64,000 nt of DNA. Origin: Candidatus Latescibacterota bacterium. Its GTDB lineage: Bacteria > Latescibacterota > UBA2968 > GCA-2709665. Where the stretch lies: NCBI GenBank assembly GCA_965116875.1, contig OZ220733.1:4960001-5024000 (forward strand), given 5' to 3'. Position numbers and translations under genes: made by a program. Below the pieces are notes generated by a model. The model was not told where the DNA came from. It searched no databases and saw only the letters and a program-made list of their open reading frames with translations. Within the stretch, counting starts at the first letter, position 1, and every line of letters starts with the position of its first letter. This document shows positions 18,046-29,079 of the stretch, piece after piece.

Positions 18046-20121
18046 TTACAATGCGACCGCAAGACTGCTGACGGGGCCCTTTACACCGGCGCTGTTGACG
18101 GAGCGCACCCGCAACGTGTTCACCCCTTCGTGCAGTCGCCAGTCGAACCCCGCCTGGCACCGTTTCCACTCGTTGAAGTCCAGGCTGGACAAGTAACCCG
18201 AGAAACAGGGTGTCTGCGTCTCCAGGCTGACCCTCAGCGCACTCCCTTCCTCACTCACCTCCGCGGTATAGCGGGTCTGGTTCATCGACGGATAGAAATC
18301 CGATCGGCGGTTCGTGTGACGCGTGAAGTGAGGCAGCGCCGGCACCTTGTCATCGGCCCAGTTGAGATACCCGTCCCACGCCCAGACTTCGGTGCCCTGA
18401 CTCACCGGCAGAGGGCGCGGCTGGCTGAAGACATTGCTTCGGGGGATCATACGGAAGTGGCAGAACGACCTGAACAGAAAGTGCGCCCCCTCTGTGGCAG
18501 AGTACTCGTGATTTCCTTCCCGAACTGCAATCGGCAGGTCCCGAACGAGGGTATCGTGATCCTGCCGGAACAGGTACGGTCGATCCCAGCGTTCGACGTC
18601 CTCGAGCCTGTCCGCCAGGACCTCGTGCACTTCCAGCGTATCCAGCGGCACACGCGTTTTCGGATCGTACCAGTAGAAATCACGCGTTGCGTCCAGGTGG
18701 ACCCACTTGCGATAGTCGTTCGACCAGACCTCCGCGATCTCGTGCCCGGTCATGCCTTCGCTATGGAAATTCACGTGCCGCGCGGGGAATCCGAAACTCA
18801 GACAGGCGGCCACCAGCGCCACGTTGGGATAGAGGCACATCTTGTCGCGGCGCCGCTGCGGGTACCGGTTCATGACAATCGTTCCGGTGTCATCCCGATC
18901 GTGCATCAGCCATTCCAGGACGTTCCATGGATAGTGCCGGCACGCACCCATCGGAACGGCATACGCCCACGCCATCAGGCGCTCGATCGCCTGGAATTCC
19001 GTCTGTGCCCCGGCGACGACGGCATCCAGTTCGAACCGCTCGCGCAGTTCCCGTAAACTGGCGTGCCTGTAGTCCTCGTCCGCGATCCAGTATGAAGACC
19101 GCCGGATGGACGCGTTCTCCGTGCTGACGACCCGGGGAGGCGCACCTCCTTCCGGACTTGCCTCGGCCAGGACACGCAGGGCCTTTAAAACGGGCGTGCG
19201 CGACGGGTCCGACGTCTGTAACCGCATGCGCCACTGGAGGTAACGTCCCGAGATGCGCGTTACCGGCGACCCGCGTTCGCACGATTGCCATTTGCTCCAG
19301 CCCGCCTCATTCACGACCGGATCCGGTCCTGTCCTCACGTCACATTGGACGCAGGTACCGGCGGGCAGATCGACGTCCCAATCCAGGCGCAACCCACGAA
19401 TGGTATGCCGTCGTTTGACCTCCCCTTCGCCCGCGGCATCGATGACAGGCGACACGATACGCCCGTATTCACGGTAGCCGTCCAGCACCAGCCGGATCAC
19501 GTATTCTCCGCGTTCGGACGCCCATTCGCCGTCTCGGCGCACAAGACTCGAAGCAGGCGGCACAACCGGATCCGGCATCCCCTTCACGTAGTCCCGATAG
19601 TCCGCCACCATCAGACTCCACCCCACCCCTCCGTCGGCGACGTCGAATGCCAGCTGGTTTTCGCCCTGGCGAAGGCAACCGTCGGGCAGTTCCACGTAAT
19701 ACCACCGGCTCCAACTCCATGCGCCCTCATCGGGCGCCAACTCCCAATACTGTTTCGCGTCGGGCGTAGCGAGCGGGGAGGGCGGACGCAGCACCTCCGT
19801 CCCGTTGACATTGATTCGCAGCGTGGCCGAGTGACCTCTCCGCTCCCGCGCGATAAAGGCCACCTTCGCCGTCGCCGCCGGACGCTTCCGCAACGTCAGT
19901 ACTTTTTTCAGCGCCAGGCCGTCGGATATCTCCAGAAACGGATCCACGTCGAGGTCGTCAGACCGTCCGGCGCCGGGGCTGTCGTTCTCAACCACCGAAC
20001 CCCTGAAGAGGCGGATACCCGAATCGTCTTTCCCCATCCAGAGATCGGCGACGTCCGACGTGCGGTAAATCTCTTGCGCGGGAAACAGGCTCTTTGTCTT
20101 TTTGAAGTCCTCTTCAGCCAT
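18046..20121 (-). CDS. Transglutaminase-like domain protein with beta-rich N-terminus
   Basis: Cys-His-Asp pattern KMCLYPN...GFPARHV...GHEIAEVWSNDYRKWVHLDAT. Confidence 0.75.
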   Translation of the reverse strand: MAEEDFKKTKSLFPAQEIYRTSDVADLWMGKDDSGIRLFRGSVVENDSPGAGRSDDLDVDPFLEISDGLALKKVLTLRKRPAATAKVAFIARERRGHSATLRINVNGTEVLRPPSPLATPDAKQYWELAPDEGAWSWSRWYYVELPDGCLRQGENQLAFDVADGGVGWSLMVADYRDYVKGMPDPVVPPASSLVRRDGEWASERGEYVIRLVLDGYREYGRIVSPVIDAAGEGEVKRRHTIRGLRLDWDVDLPAGTCVQCDVRTGPDPVVNEAGWSKWQSCERGSPVTRISGRYLQWRMRLQTSDPSRTPVLKALRVLAEASPEGGAPPRVVSTENASIRRSSYWIADEDYRHASLRELRERFELDAVVAGAQTEFQAIERLMAWAYAVPMGACRHYPWNVLEWLMHDRDDTGTIVMNRYPQRRRDKMCLYPNVALVAACLSFGFPARHVNFHSEGMTGHEIAEVWSNDYRKWVHLDATRDFYWYDPKTRVPLDTLEVHEVLADRLEDVERWDRPYLFRQDHDTLVRDLPIAVREGNHEYSATEGAHFLFRSFCHFRMIPRSNVFSQPRPLPVSQGTEVWAWDGYLNWADDKVPALPHFTRHTNRRSDFYPSMNQTRYTAEVSEEGSALRVSLETQTPCFSGYLSSLDFNEWKRCQAGFDWRLHEGVNTLRVRSVNSAGVKGPVSSLAVAL

Positions 20122-20167
20122 TCTCCGGTCCCGATCGATTCCCGTGGGCGCCGCATATGATAGCCGC

Positions 20168-21406
20168 CTATTTCAGATAGGCCGTCTCCACCTTTTCAAG
20201 AGCGGCAACGATGTCCGACACCTCCCGGTCTCCGTAGTTCTCGTGGATCGGCATCGTAAAGTGGCTCTCGGCGGCTTCGACCGCGTTGGGACACGGAAAG
20301 GTGGCATTGCGATCGCCCCGATAGTCCGGGAGTCCCCAGGGATAGTCGCTGTTGCCGAAAACCCTGCGTTCCCTGAACCACGCGGACTCGGACGGGATAT
20401 GCCGATAGGATACGGACGCCGAAAGGCCTTCGGCCGCCAGAGCCCTGACGAAGCCTGCCTTGTCAACGCTCAGTCTTGCCGTATCCACGTGAAAGCGGAG
20501 GAACCAATATACGCATTCGGTACCCGTCACCTGCCTGCCCATGGATACGGCCTTCAGATGGTCGATACCGTCGCGTATCGCGTCCCCCGCCCTTCGACGG
20601 TTATCCGCAATCTCACCCAGGCGGCGCAGCTGGACCCTGCCGATCGCCGCTGCCAGATCGCTTCCGTTCATATTCAGGCTCGCCCTGGTGTTGGAGAGCC
20701 CGCTCCCTTCGAGATTGAAAGGCTTGCCCCGATCGGAGAATCGCTTCACCCGCCAATAGAGATCGTGATCTTTCACAAAGACAACGCCGCCCTGGGAGCC
20801 CGTGGCGTGATGCTTGCCGCTCATCGTAGAGAATGTCCCCATCGACCCCATACTCCCCACAACCCGCCCCCTGTACCTTGCGCCATGCGCCTGCGCGCAA
20901 TCCTCGATCACCGGCAGCCCGCGCGAATCGGCCAGCTCCAGAATCGGGTCCATGTCCGCCGGTTCCCCGGCGATATGCGCAACGATGATCGCGCGGGAAT
21001 GTTCGGTCAGCACCGCCTCGATCTGTTCCGCTCCGGCGTTGAACGTGCCGGGATCAGCGTCCGCAACAACCGGTACCAGGTTCAGCAGCGCAACCGGCAT
21101 CACCCCTCCCGGATCGGTGATCGGCGGCACCACCACCTCGCCGGGCACCTCCAGTTCGAGGGCGCCAAGCGCCGAGTACAGAGACGTCGTGCCCGAGTTC
21201 ACAAGGTCGGCGTACCCGCCGCCCATGAAGTCCGCAAAGTCACGTTCGTACGCGCGTTCCTCGGGCCCGTCGTACCCGAACGCGTTTCCGGACCGGATAC
21301 TTTCGTCGAAGAGCGCCATCACGGCCTGCTTTTCCTCCTCGCCGAAGAGACGCCGCGCGGGCATGGGCACCTTCCGTACCTTCTCACCGCCATCGATCGC
21401 CAGCAT
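20168..21406 (-). CDS. DegT/DnrJ/EryC1/StrS family PLP aminotransferase
   Basis: VNSGTTSL, VIEDCAQAHGA, FSTMSGKHHATGSQGG. Confidence 0.92.
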   Translation of the reverse strand: MLAIDGGEKVRKVPMPARRLFGEEEKQAVMALFDESIRSGNAFGYDGPEERAYERDFADFMGGGYADLVNSGTTSLYSALGALELEVPGEVVVPPITDPGGVMPVALLNLVPVVADADPGTFNAGAEQIEAVLTEHSRAIIVAHIAGEPADMDPILELADSRGLPVIEDCAQAHGARYRGRVVGSMGSMGTFSTMSGKHHATGSQGGVVFVKDHDLYWRVKRFSDRGKPFNLEGSGLSNTRASLNMNGSDLAAAIGRVQLRRLGEIADNRRRAGDAIRDGIDHLKAVSMGRQVTGTECVYWFLRFHVDTARLSVDKAGFVRALAAEGLSASVSYRHIPSESAWFRERRVFGNSDYPWGLPDYRGDRNATFPCPNAVEAAESHFTMPIHENYGDREVSDIVAALEKVETAYLK

Positions 21407-21427
21407 ACACCTGCCTCCTGAAGTGTG

Positions 21428-22288
21428 TTAGGTTTTAGGTCCGGCAAAGGCCGTCCACAATTCACCGATACCCGCGCGCAGGGCGCGCGCATCCGGAAAA
21501 CAGCGATAGACCATTCTCGTTCGTGTCACCATCTCCGCGCCCGCCGTGAGGTCCCCGCCATAGCACCAGTCGTGCGCGGTATCCCAACCGTGGTACTGTC
21601 CGGTCAGGTAGGTCGTGTGGTCGGGGTCGCAGAGGAAAACCAGCGTGAATCCGTTGGCCGAGTTCCTGGCGGCCAGGATGGGCAGGCTGAAGTCCCTTTC
21701 TTCCAGATCCCGATGCAGGCCCCGGTCCGGCTCACCGTATCGGCCGTCCTGAATCATCTCGCGCGAGAAGTCGTTTCTGGCGATGCCGAACGTCCGGTTG
21801 ATCGTCACCCGGTTGTTGAGCTTCGTCCAGGTCCGGGCCCCCCCGGCATTCGCAACCGTCACCCAGGTCTCGTCGAATATTTCGGCAATGTACGAGGCGA
21901 AGAAAACCTCAAAACGCCGGACCTCCGCCGACGGTCGTATCGTCGTCACCAGGTCCACCGCATCGCCGAACGGACGATAGTGGAGGTCCATCTCCAGCCC
22001 GAAGTCCGGCTCCGGGGGAAATCGGATGTAGACACCGTTCTCCTTCAACCCGTGCGCCACCTCCCTCGCCAGGGAGAGCCGCCGCGGGTACATCACCATC
22101 CCCGATCCCGGCCTGAGGTAATATTCGGCATTCAGAAACGCCTTGTTGTGCCGAACCACGCCTGACCTGAAGTTTCGGTGCATCAACCCGCAGATGCCGT
22201 GGTAATTCGTAAAGGGTTGAATGCCCCCCATAATCTCGCCGGTATCGAACTCGTAACACCGGGACAGTCCGCTCCAGGCAATCTGCAC
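21428..22288 (-). CDS. Hypothetical protein
   Basis: Long ORF in the same-strand run; GTG start at 22288 preceded by GGAGG. Confidence 0.6.
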   Translation of the reverse strand: MQIAWSGLSRCYEFDTGEIMGGIQPFTNYHGICGLMHRNFRSGVVRHNKAFLNAEYYLRPGSGMVMYPRRLSLAREVAHGLKENGVYIRFPPEPDFGLEMDLHYRPFGDAVDLVTTIRPSAEVRRFEVFFASYIAEIFDETWVTVANAGGARTWTKLNNRVTINRTFGIARNDFSREMIQDGRYGEPDRGLHRDLEERDFSLPILAARNSANGFTLVFLCDPDHTTYLTGQYHGWDTAHDWCYGGDLTAGAEMVTRTRMVYRCFPDARALRAGIGELWTAFAGPKT

Positions 22289-22494
22289 AAGCACCCTCCG
22301 AAACCATGCGGCAATCCAAAGGAATGGCGACGCCCGCGCACGGAATAAACCTTCGGGCACATTCCGAGCGCAAGATAATAACCTGGGGGGTCAATGCAAC
22401 CTGATTCTGAACGCGAAAAAAGCGCGAGAAAAGAATTCCCGCGCCAGTTCGCTATTTCAACTTCCCGGTTTCCGTACCGACGATACAGGCGAAT

Positions 22495-23196
22495 TCAGCT
22501 ACCGCCCGCCTGTTCCTGTGCCGTTACCGAATCCACCTCCACATTCAGGTCCAGCTTCAACGGACCCGATGTATCGCGCTTCGCGTCGATCAGTACCGGA
22601 GACGTGGTTGCTGGTTCGGATGGGACATCCGACCCCACGTCGATATCCGGCCCCGTCGTGTCCGCCGCAGCCGGCTCAGGCTTTCCGCCCCAGAAGTCGG
22701 GCGTCGCATTCAGATAGTATGTGATATTGTTGCTGGTCAGATAAACCGCTTCATCGGACCCAAGCCGCACATAATTCTTGCTCCAGTCCCGTTTGGACTG
22801 TCCGAAAACGAATGCGGCAAGCTCCTCACCCCCCGCATTCCTCACGGACAGCCGGATCCCGGCTGAATCGTCAACCGAATATACGCTCCACCGGTCCGCG
22901 CTCCGTGTCATCAGGGTTGTCCGCTCGACCTTCAATACCCTGTCGAACAGATTGTCGATCGGCGCCACCCGCACTTCCAGTGAGTCGTGTCCCACAAGCC
23001 GCCAGACGTCGCCGTCGAGCCGCAGTTCCACGCGTTCTCCCGCCCGCTGGATCGCGACCTGCTGAACGTCGTCCCGGCTTCCCGCGTAGATCGGCACGCC
23101 GGACGCCGTATGCCTCGTCCTGGAAAGCTGAACGTAAACCACGCCGGCGGCCAGCGCCAGTATCACGATCAGCCACAGTCTTGCCCGTTTAGCCAT
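22495..23196 (-). CDS. DUF4340 domain protein
   Basis: N-terminal TM helix, YVR..DEAVYL motif; typical partner of Gld-type ABC operons. Confidence 0.75.
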   Translation of the reverse strand: MAKRARLWLIVILALAAGVVYVQLSRTRHTASGVPIYAGSRDDVQQVAIQRAGERVELRLDGDVWRLVGHDSLEVRVAPIDNLFDRVLKVERTTLMTRSADRWSVYSVDDSAGIRLSVRNAGGEELAAFVFGQSKRDWSKNYVRLGSDEAVYLTSNNITYYLNATPDFWGGKPEPAAADTTGPDIDVGSDVPSEPATTSPVLIDAKRDTSGPLKLDLNVEVDSVTAQEQAGGS

Positions 23197-24691
23197 ATTG
23201 CTCCTCCAGCATCCTTGCGCGCCCGGCTTCCCGTCGCCACCTCAGCAGTCCGTACGCAACGATCAGAACCGGCGGCAGCAGTACATTCAGCCATTTCCAA
23301 CGCGCCTTCTCGGCGTCTTCGAGTTCCGCGAGAGGACGGGTCGTAATCTCCCGGGAGCGGAGCGCCACCAGATCGCTGTCCCCCATCAGGTAATCGGCGA
23401 CATTTGCAATAAAGACGAAATTCTCCGGAAAAGTACCCCCCGATTCGTCTTCGAAAAGACCGGAATCACCTACCAGAACGACCTGGCTCATCCCCTGCGG
23501 GCCTTCCCGTCGCGCCAGCGCGCCCACCACCTTTCCCGGTTGATTCAACGTGTTGAAGAAAGGATTCTCCAGAGGCCGCAGATTGAAGAATCCGGTCATG
23601 ACACCGGACCGGTCGGACGTGTACATCAGCGGCGTCGTCTGCGCGGCGGCCGAGGACGTATCGGTAAGCGCGATCTCGCTGCTGAAGAGCAGGCGCACCT
23701 GCTCGAGCCCGTCCACGGTCAGATGCTCGCCGAAGCGGTGCACCACCGGGAAGAACGGATATTGTATCTGCGAACTCATTTGCAGAAATCCGTGGCGCTG
23801 GCTGATCGTGATCGCGCTGCACCGCTGGTCCAGCACCAGGTTTTCCTTCACCTGCAGGCCCATTGACTCCAGAAAGCCGAACAGATTCGACTCTACAGGC
23901 GTGCCGCGTTGGCCGTTCAGGTCGCCGGTGACCCTCCCCTGGCCGACGAACAGATTGCCCCCGCGGTCCGCGAACGCCTGGAGGTTTGCAAGCTCATCCC
24001 GGCTCAACGAATCCGTCACCCCGCTGATCATCAGCAGGCTGATGTCATCGGGAACGGGTGAGGCAAGTCTGATGTTCCGAACCAGGTACGATTGCTGGAG
24101 TACGGCGGATATGTTCCGCACCCGGGGCGGCTGGGAGCCGATAATCGCAAACGCCAACGCCTGTTTATCCGTATCGATCAGCTTCTTGATCTGTGTGGTG
24201 ATCTCGTATTCGAGGCCGGTGGTGCTTTCAATCACAGGGATGACCTCGCGCCCGTCCCCGTACAGAAACACCATCCCCATGTAGACCCGCTTCACTTCCA
24301 GCTTGTCGTTCTCAACCACCTGAAGCTGCACGGGTTGAATCCCGTATTTCCGCGCTTCGTCCGCCAGGGTCTGGTCGTCTTCGGGCCTGAAAAACTCGAA
24401 ACGCACGCGGCCTTTGCCGAACGCCTCGTATTCTTCCAGTATGTCCTGCAGGTAACGCCTGTTGTTGCCGTACTGAGCCGGCAGGTTGTCCGTAAAGTAG
24501 ACCTTCATTGTCAACAGATCTTCGACCTGCGCCACCACCCGCTTGCTGGAATCGGAAAGCGAATAGATCCCGTTCGCGGTCAGGTCCAGACGAAAAAACA
24601 GGTCTCTGGACACGAAGTTGAGGGCCGAGACGATAACGACCGCGAGAAGCAGATAGATGGTGAACGAACGCCTATTGTGAACCGCAAACAT
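23189..24691 (-). CDS. GldG-like ABC auxiliary component
   Basis: RLDLTANGIYSLS, LEYEIT, N- and C-terminal TM helices. Confidence 0.88.
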   Translation of the reverse strand: MFAVHNRRSFTIYLLLAVVIVSALNFVSRDLFFRLDLTANGIYSLSDSSKRVVAQVEDLLTMKVYFTDNLPAQYGNNRRYLQDILEEYEAFGKGRVRFEFFRPEDDQTLADEARKYGIQPVQLQVVENDKLEVKRVYMGMVFLYGDGREVIPVIESTTGLEYEITTQIKKLIDTDKQALAFAIIGSQPPRVRNISAVLQQSYLVRNIRLASPVPDDISLLMISGVTDSLSRDELANLQAFADRGGNLFVGQGRVTGDLNGQRGTPVESNLFGFLESMGLQVKENLVLDQRCSAITISQRHGFLQMSSQIQYPFFPVVHRFGEHLTVDGLEQVRLLFSSEIALTDTSSAAAQTTPLMYTSDRSGVMTGFFNLRPLENPFFNTLNQPGKVVGALARREGPQGMSQVVLVGDSGLFEDESGGTFPENFVFIANVADYLMGDSDLVALRSREITTRPLAELEDAEKARWKWLNVLLPPVLIVAYGLLRWRREAGRARMLEEQYG

Positions 24692-24694
24692 CGA

Positions 24695-25408
24695 CTACCT
24701 CCACTTTCTCATCTCCAGAACCCGAAGGGTGAGTGCCAGAAACAACCAGATCATCCCTGCGAAATAGACGAGGTTCCTGGAATCCACGACGCCCCGTGCG
24801 ATATTCGAAAGATGAAAGTCCACGCTGACGTATTGCGCAACTGTCGCCAGCCCGGCCGGTATGAACAGCAGCAGTTTGTCGAGCAGGAAAAACACCATGA
24901 TGATCGAGATCGCGATGATCAGCGAAATCACCTGGTTTTCCGCCAGACTGCTTGCAAACGTCCCAACGGCCGCGTAAAATGCGCCCACGAGGACAAGGCC
25001 CACGTATCCGGTAATCACAGCGCCTACGTCGACGTGCGTGCCAACAGCCAGGAGCGTGAGAAAATGCACCAGTGTAAAAAGCAGCCCCACAACGATCAGG
25101 CTCACCGCCGCCAGGTATTTGCCCGTGACGAATTCTATGTCCTGGATCGGCATGGTTGACAGGACTTCCATTGTCCCCAGGTTCTTTTCCTTCGCGATCA
25201 GACCCATGGATATGGCCGGCACGAAGAACAGGAACACCAGCGGCACGATGTTGAATAGCGCGCGCATGTCGGACTGTCCGATAAGGAAGAACGTGCTTGT
25301 GAAGAAGTACCCGCTCAGCACCGCGAAAATAACCAGAAAAATGTAGGCCATGGGGCTGTTGAAGTAGGAGCGGATTTCCTTCAGATAGATCGCCTTCGTA
25401 TTATGCAT
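24695..25408 (-). CDS. GldF-like ABC permease
   Basis: KEIRSYFNSPMAY, EKNLGTMEVL, six TM helices. Confidence 0.9.
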   Translation of the reverse strand: MHNTKAIYLKEIRSYFNSPMAYIFLVIFAVLSGYFFTSTFFLIGQSDMRALFNIVPLVFLFFVPAISMGLIAKEKNLGTMEVLSTMPIQDIEFVTGKYLAAVSLIVVGLLFTLVHFLTLLAVGTHVDVGAVITGYVGLVLVGAFYAAVGTFASSLAENQVISLIIAISIIMVFFLLDKLLLFIPAGLATVAQYVSVDFHLSNIARGVVDSRNLVYFAGMIWLFLALTLRVLEMRKWR

Positions 25409-26345
25409 TGGGCGCCCCCTCTCCCGTGAGATTCCTGAATACGTCCTCCAGCTGAACTCGAGCCTGGCTCATTTCCAGAATCACCCATCCATGGTCTCTG
25501 GCATAATGGAAAATACGTTCCCTGGGATCGGTGTCGCGATCGTATTCCAGGACGAGAGTCCGGGATCCGTTGTTCTCGGCCACATCTGAAAGCGAGACCC
25601 CCTGCAACTGTTCCGGCAGACCCTGCACGGTCTCCTCTTCCGCCCTTTTGACTTCGAGCGTCAACTGCGTCTGTCCCCTGAAGCTGGACATCAGTTCCTC
25701 GCGAAGTCCGTCCGCTACGATTTCCCCGTTGTGAATGATGATGATGCGGTCCACGGTCGCTTCGATTTCCTGCAGGATGTGGCTTGACATGATCAGCGTC
25801 TTCTCGCGCCCGAGCGAACGAATCAACTCGCGGATTTCCACAATCTGGTTGGGATCCAGCCCGGTCACGGGTTCATCCAGAATCAGGATATCCGGATCGT
25901 GCAGCATCGCCGTTGCCAGACCGATTCGCTGCTTGTACCCCTTTGAACATTCCTGCACGGCTCTGTGAACAACGCCCGCAAGCCCGCATTGCTCGACGAC
26001 GCGCTCCAGCGCCTGCCGGAAGGCCCGGCCTTCCATGCGCCGGATCGTTGCAATAAACGAAAGCAGGTCGTAAACGATCATCTCGCCGTAGAGCGGATTC
26101 AATTCAGGCAGATATCCCACGCGTCTGCGGATCTCCAGTGAATCGTCCACGATGTTCATGTCGTCCACGAAAACGTTGCCGGCGGTTGCCGACAGAAACC
26201 CCGTCATCACCTTCAGCGTCGTTGACTTGCCGGCCCCGTTCTCGCCCAGGAATCCCAGAATCTCGCCATCATTGACCTGGAAGCTGATGTCCCGAACGGC
26301 CCGGACGTCACCGTAGTTCTTGACCAGGTTCTCCACCCGGATCAT
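25401..26345 (-). CDS. GldA-like ABC ATP-binding protein
   Basis: GENGAGKST, SKGYKQR, ILDEPVTGLDP. Confidence 0.93.
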   Translation of the reverse strand: MIRVENLVKNYGDVRAVRDISFQVNDGEILGFLGENGAGKSTTLKVMTGFLSATAGNVFVDDMNIVDDSLEIRRRVGYLPELNPLYGEMIVYDLLSFIATIRRMEGRAFRQALERVVEQCGLAGVVHRAVQECSKGYKQRIGLATAMLHDPDILILDEPVTGLDPNQIVEIRELIRSLGREKTLIMSSHILQEIEATVDRIIIIHNGEIVADGLREELMSSFRGQTQLTLEVKRAEEETVQGLPEQLQGVSLSDVAENNGSRTLVLEYDRDTDPRERIFHYARDHGWVILEMSQARVQLEDVFRNLTGEGAPNA

Positions 26346-26563
26346 GTACGATCCTCCTTCACACCATGGTACCGGAAAACATCTTTCGCATTTGAATTCG
26401 ACCGGAAAATTAATAAAAAAAGTCGAACCGTGTCAAGCCCCCGGTCGGAAAAAACGCACATGCGCCCGCCCTCCGCGCCTTGGGCGAAAGGCCCGGTACG
26501 GAGCCTCTACCGCCGGCCGAACTGAAAGCGTAACATGGAAATGATGAGATTGCCTGATTTTGC

Positions 26564-26592
26564 TTGACACGCCCTTACAAATCCTGTAACAT
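26564..26592 (+). promoter_or_regulatory. Sigma70-like promoter of the ilvN-leu operon
   Basis: TTGACA-N17-TAACAT. Confidence 0.65.
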
Positions 26593-26640
26593 TCGTATTT
26601 TAAGATCAGGATTGTCGAATCCGGATTGGAGAGTGCGACG

Positions 26641-26799
26641 ATGACTCCATACGCTTCACCCTGCGCGCCGGTTCCCTCCGGCGCCTGCCCCTTCCCGGTA
26701 CCGCGTCCTTCCACGGCTCAAGGCGTCGCACGTACGCGAATTCTCATTCTCCCCGCATCCTCAAGCCTCTTACTGTCCGCCATCCTTCCGGACAATTGA
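26641..26799 (+). CDS. Putative ilv/leu leader peptide (52 aa)
   Basis: GGAGAG RBS; C-terminus [18 protein letters not shown] is Ile/Leu-rich. Confidence 0.4.
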   Translation: MTPYASPCAPVPSGACPFPVPRPSTAQGVARTRILILPASSSLLLSAILPDN

Positions 26800-26927
26800 A
26801 CGTACACAAGAGGCTCTCTACCACGTCGAATCCCCTGAAAAGTTCAGAAACCGCAGATCCCGGAACGAGCCTCTCGGGCAATCGCCAGGTTACTGCCCTG
26901 TCAAATGCTGGCCAAGAGGACGTGAAA

Positions 26928-27440
26928 ATGCCAACAAGACACACCATTTCCGCATTGGTCGAGAACCACTTCGGCGTTCTTTGCCGCATCTCGGGCCTGT
27001 TTTCCAGCCGGGGGTTCAACATCGACAGCCTGTCCGTCGGAGAAACCGAAGATCCAACCGTTTCCCGAATGACCATCGTCGTGAGGGGTGACGACCGCGT
27101 GCTGGAGCAGGTGGTCAAACAGCTCAATCGGCTGGTGGACGTCATCAGGGTCATCGACATCACACAGGGTGAATTCGTCGAACGCGAACTGGCGCTCATT
27201 AACGTAAAGACCCGCATCGATACACGTTCAGAGATCATTCAGATTGCGGAGATCTTCAGAGCGGGCGTCGTGGATGTCAGCACCAACTCGATGACGATTG
27301 AAGTCACCGGAAAAGAAGACAAAATTGCGGCGATGATCAACATGCTTCGGGATTACGGAATCAACGAAATCGCGAGGACCGGCACGGTCGCGCTTCTGCG
27401 CGACTCCCAGATGAAGCAGGATGCCGGGGGTGGGGAATAA
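26928..27440 (+). CDS. ilvN: Acetolactate synthase regulatory subunit
   Basis: [44 protein letters not shown]. Confidence 0.95.
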   Translation: MPTRHTISALVENHFGVLCRISGLFSSRGFNIDSLSVGETEDPTVSRMTIVVRGDDRVLEQVVKQLNRLVDVIRVIDITQGEFVERELALINVKTRIDTRSEIIQIAEIFRAGVVDVSTNSMTIEVTGKEDKIAAMINMLRDYGINEIARTGTVALLRDSQMKQDAGGGE

Positions 27441-27475
27441 CACGGCGCACCGGACGAAGGAGGCGACAGAACCCC

Positions 27476-29020
27476 ATGGATAATCGAGACCGAGTCTTCA
27501 TCTTCGACACCACGTTGCGCGACGCCGAGCAGACGCCAGGCGCGAAACTTTCCGTTCGGGAGAAGATCGAAATCGCGCAGCAGCTCGGCAAGCTGAAGGT
27601 CGACGTCATCGAAGCCGGCTTCCCCATCTCGTCTGACGAGGACTTCGAGGCGGTCCGACGAATTGGACAGGAAGTCGAGGGTCCGACCGTTTGCGGTCTT
27701 TCCAGAGCCGTAATGAAGGACATCGACCGGGCCGGCGAAGCGCTCAGCGGCGCGGTCAGACCCAGAATCCACACCTTCATCGGCACCTCGCCCCACCACA
27801 TCGCCATGATCGGAAAGTCCCCTGACGAAGTCCTCGGAATGGCCGTGGATGCCGTCAGAAGGGCCCGGGTCTACGTCGATGACGTGGAATTCTCTCCGAT
27901 GGACGCCGCCCGAACGGAACCCGACTATCTTTACGCTGTCATCGAGGCTGCAATCGAGGCCGGCGCCTCCACAGTCAATATCCCCGATACCGTGGGCTAT
28001 GCCGTGCCCGAACAGTTCGGCGGCCTGATTCGCAAGATTCGTGAAAACGTCCCGAATATCAACCGGGCCGTTATCAGCGTTCATTGTCACGATGACCTCG
28101 GCATGGCGGTCATCAACAGCCTCACCGCGATCCTCAACGGCGCCCGGCAGGCGGAATGTACCGTAAACGGTCTGGGAGAACGCGCCGGTAACGCCTCGCT
28201 GGAGGAAATCGTGATGGCGATCCGCACCCGGGGCGACTACTACGAACTTTATACGGAAATCGATTCACGGGAAATCTGTCCGACAAGCCGGCTCGTCAGC
28301 CGCCTGATGGGAATTCCGGTCGCCCCAAACAAGGCAATCGTTGGCGCCAACGCCTTCGCCCACAGTTCCGGGATCCACCAGGACGGCGTCCTCAAGAACC
28401 GGGCGAATTTTGAAATCATCGATCCGAAAGACGTGGGTCTGGAAGCCACCAGCATCGTGCTCACGGCAAGATCGGGGCGGCACGCCCTTCGGCACCGCCT
28501 GGAAGAACTGGGATATCACCTGGACCAGAATGACCTGAACAAGGCGTACGAGCGGTTTCTGAAAGTGGCGGACAAGAAAAAGGAAGTGTACGATGAAGAC
28601 CTGATGGCCATCGTCGAGGACGAGATCCGGGACATTCCGGAGAAGTTCCAACTCTTGTACATGCACACCACGAGCGGCACCGGCACCATTCCGTCGGCCA
28701 CCGTGAGGATCAGCGTCGACGGCGAAAGCGAAATCCAGGAGTCCGCGTGGGGCGACGGTCCGGTGGACGCCACGTACAAGGCCATCGCGAAGGCCACCGA
28801 GACGGACGTCCAGGTCGACGAATGCCACATCCGTTCCGTCACGCACGGCGCCGAAGCGATGGGTGAAGTCACCGTCAAGGTCAGTAAGAATGGTGACGGC
28901 GCCACCGGAAGGGCCGCATCCACGGACATCATCCAGGCCAGTGCGAAAGCGTACATCGATGCCCTGAACCACCTGGCCCTGCGCGCGGGCGTGCGGCGAC
29001 ATCGAACAGAAGCGGTATAG
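27476..29020 (+). CDS. leuA: 2-isopropylmalate synthase
   Basis: [35 protein letters not shown]. Confidence 0.96.
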   Translation: MDNRDRVFIFDTTLRDAEQTPGAKLSVREKIEIAQQLGKLKVDVIEAGFPISSDEDFEAVRRIGQEVEGPTVCGLSRAVMKDIDRAGEALSGAVRPRIHTFIGTSPHHIAMIGKSPDEVLGMAVDAVRRARVYVDDVEFSPMDAARTEPDYLYAVIEAAIEAGASTVNIPDTVGYAVPEQFGGLIRKIRENVPNINRAVISVHCHDDLGMAVINSLTAILNGARQAECTVNGLGERAGNASLEEIVMAIRTRGDYYELYTEIDSREICPTSRLVSRLMGIPVAPNKAIVGANAFAHSSGIHQDGVLKNRANFEIIDPKDVGLEATSIVLTARSGRHALRHRLEELGYHLDQNDLNKAYERFLKVADKKKEVYDEDLMAIVEDEIRDIPEKFQLLYMHTTSGTGTIPSATVRISVDGESEIQESAWGDGPVDATYKAIAKATETDVQVDECHIRSVTHGAEAMGEVTVKVSKNGDGATGRAASTDIIQASAKAYIDALNHLALRAGVRRHRTEAV

Positions 29021-29079
29021 GATCCTTCATTCGGACGAACCGACGTCCGAAACGCAAAACACGGAGGTTGACACCACTC

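Noticed and set aside
22495-26345. Gliding motility inferred from GldA/F/G-like genes
   Set aside because: This ABC operon with DUF4340 is widespread in non-gliding bacteria, and no other gliding genes are present.
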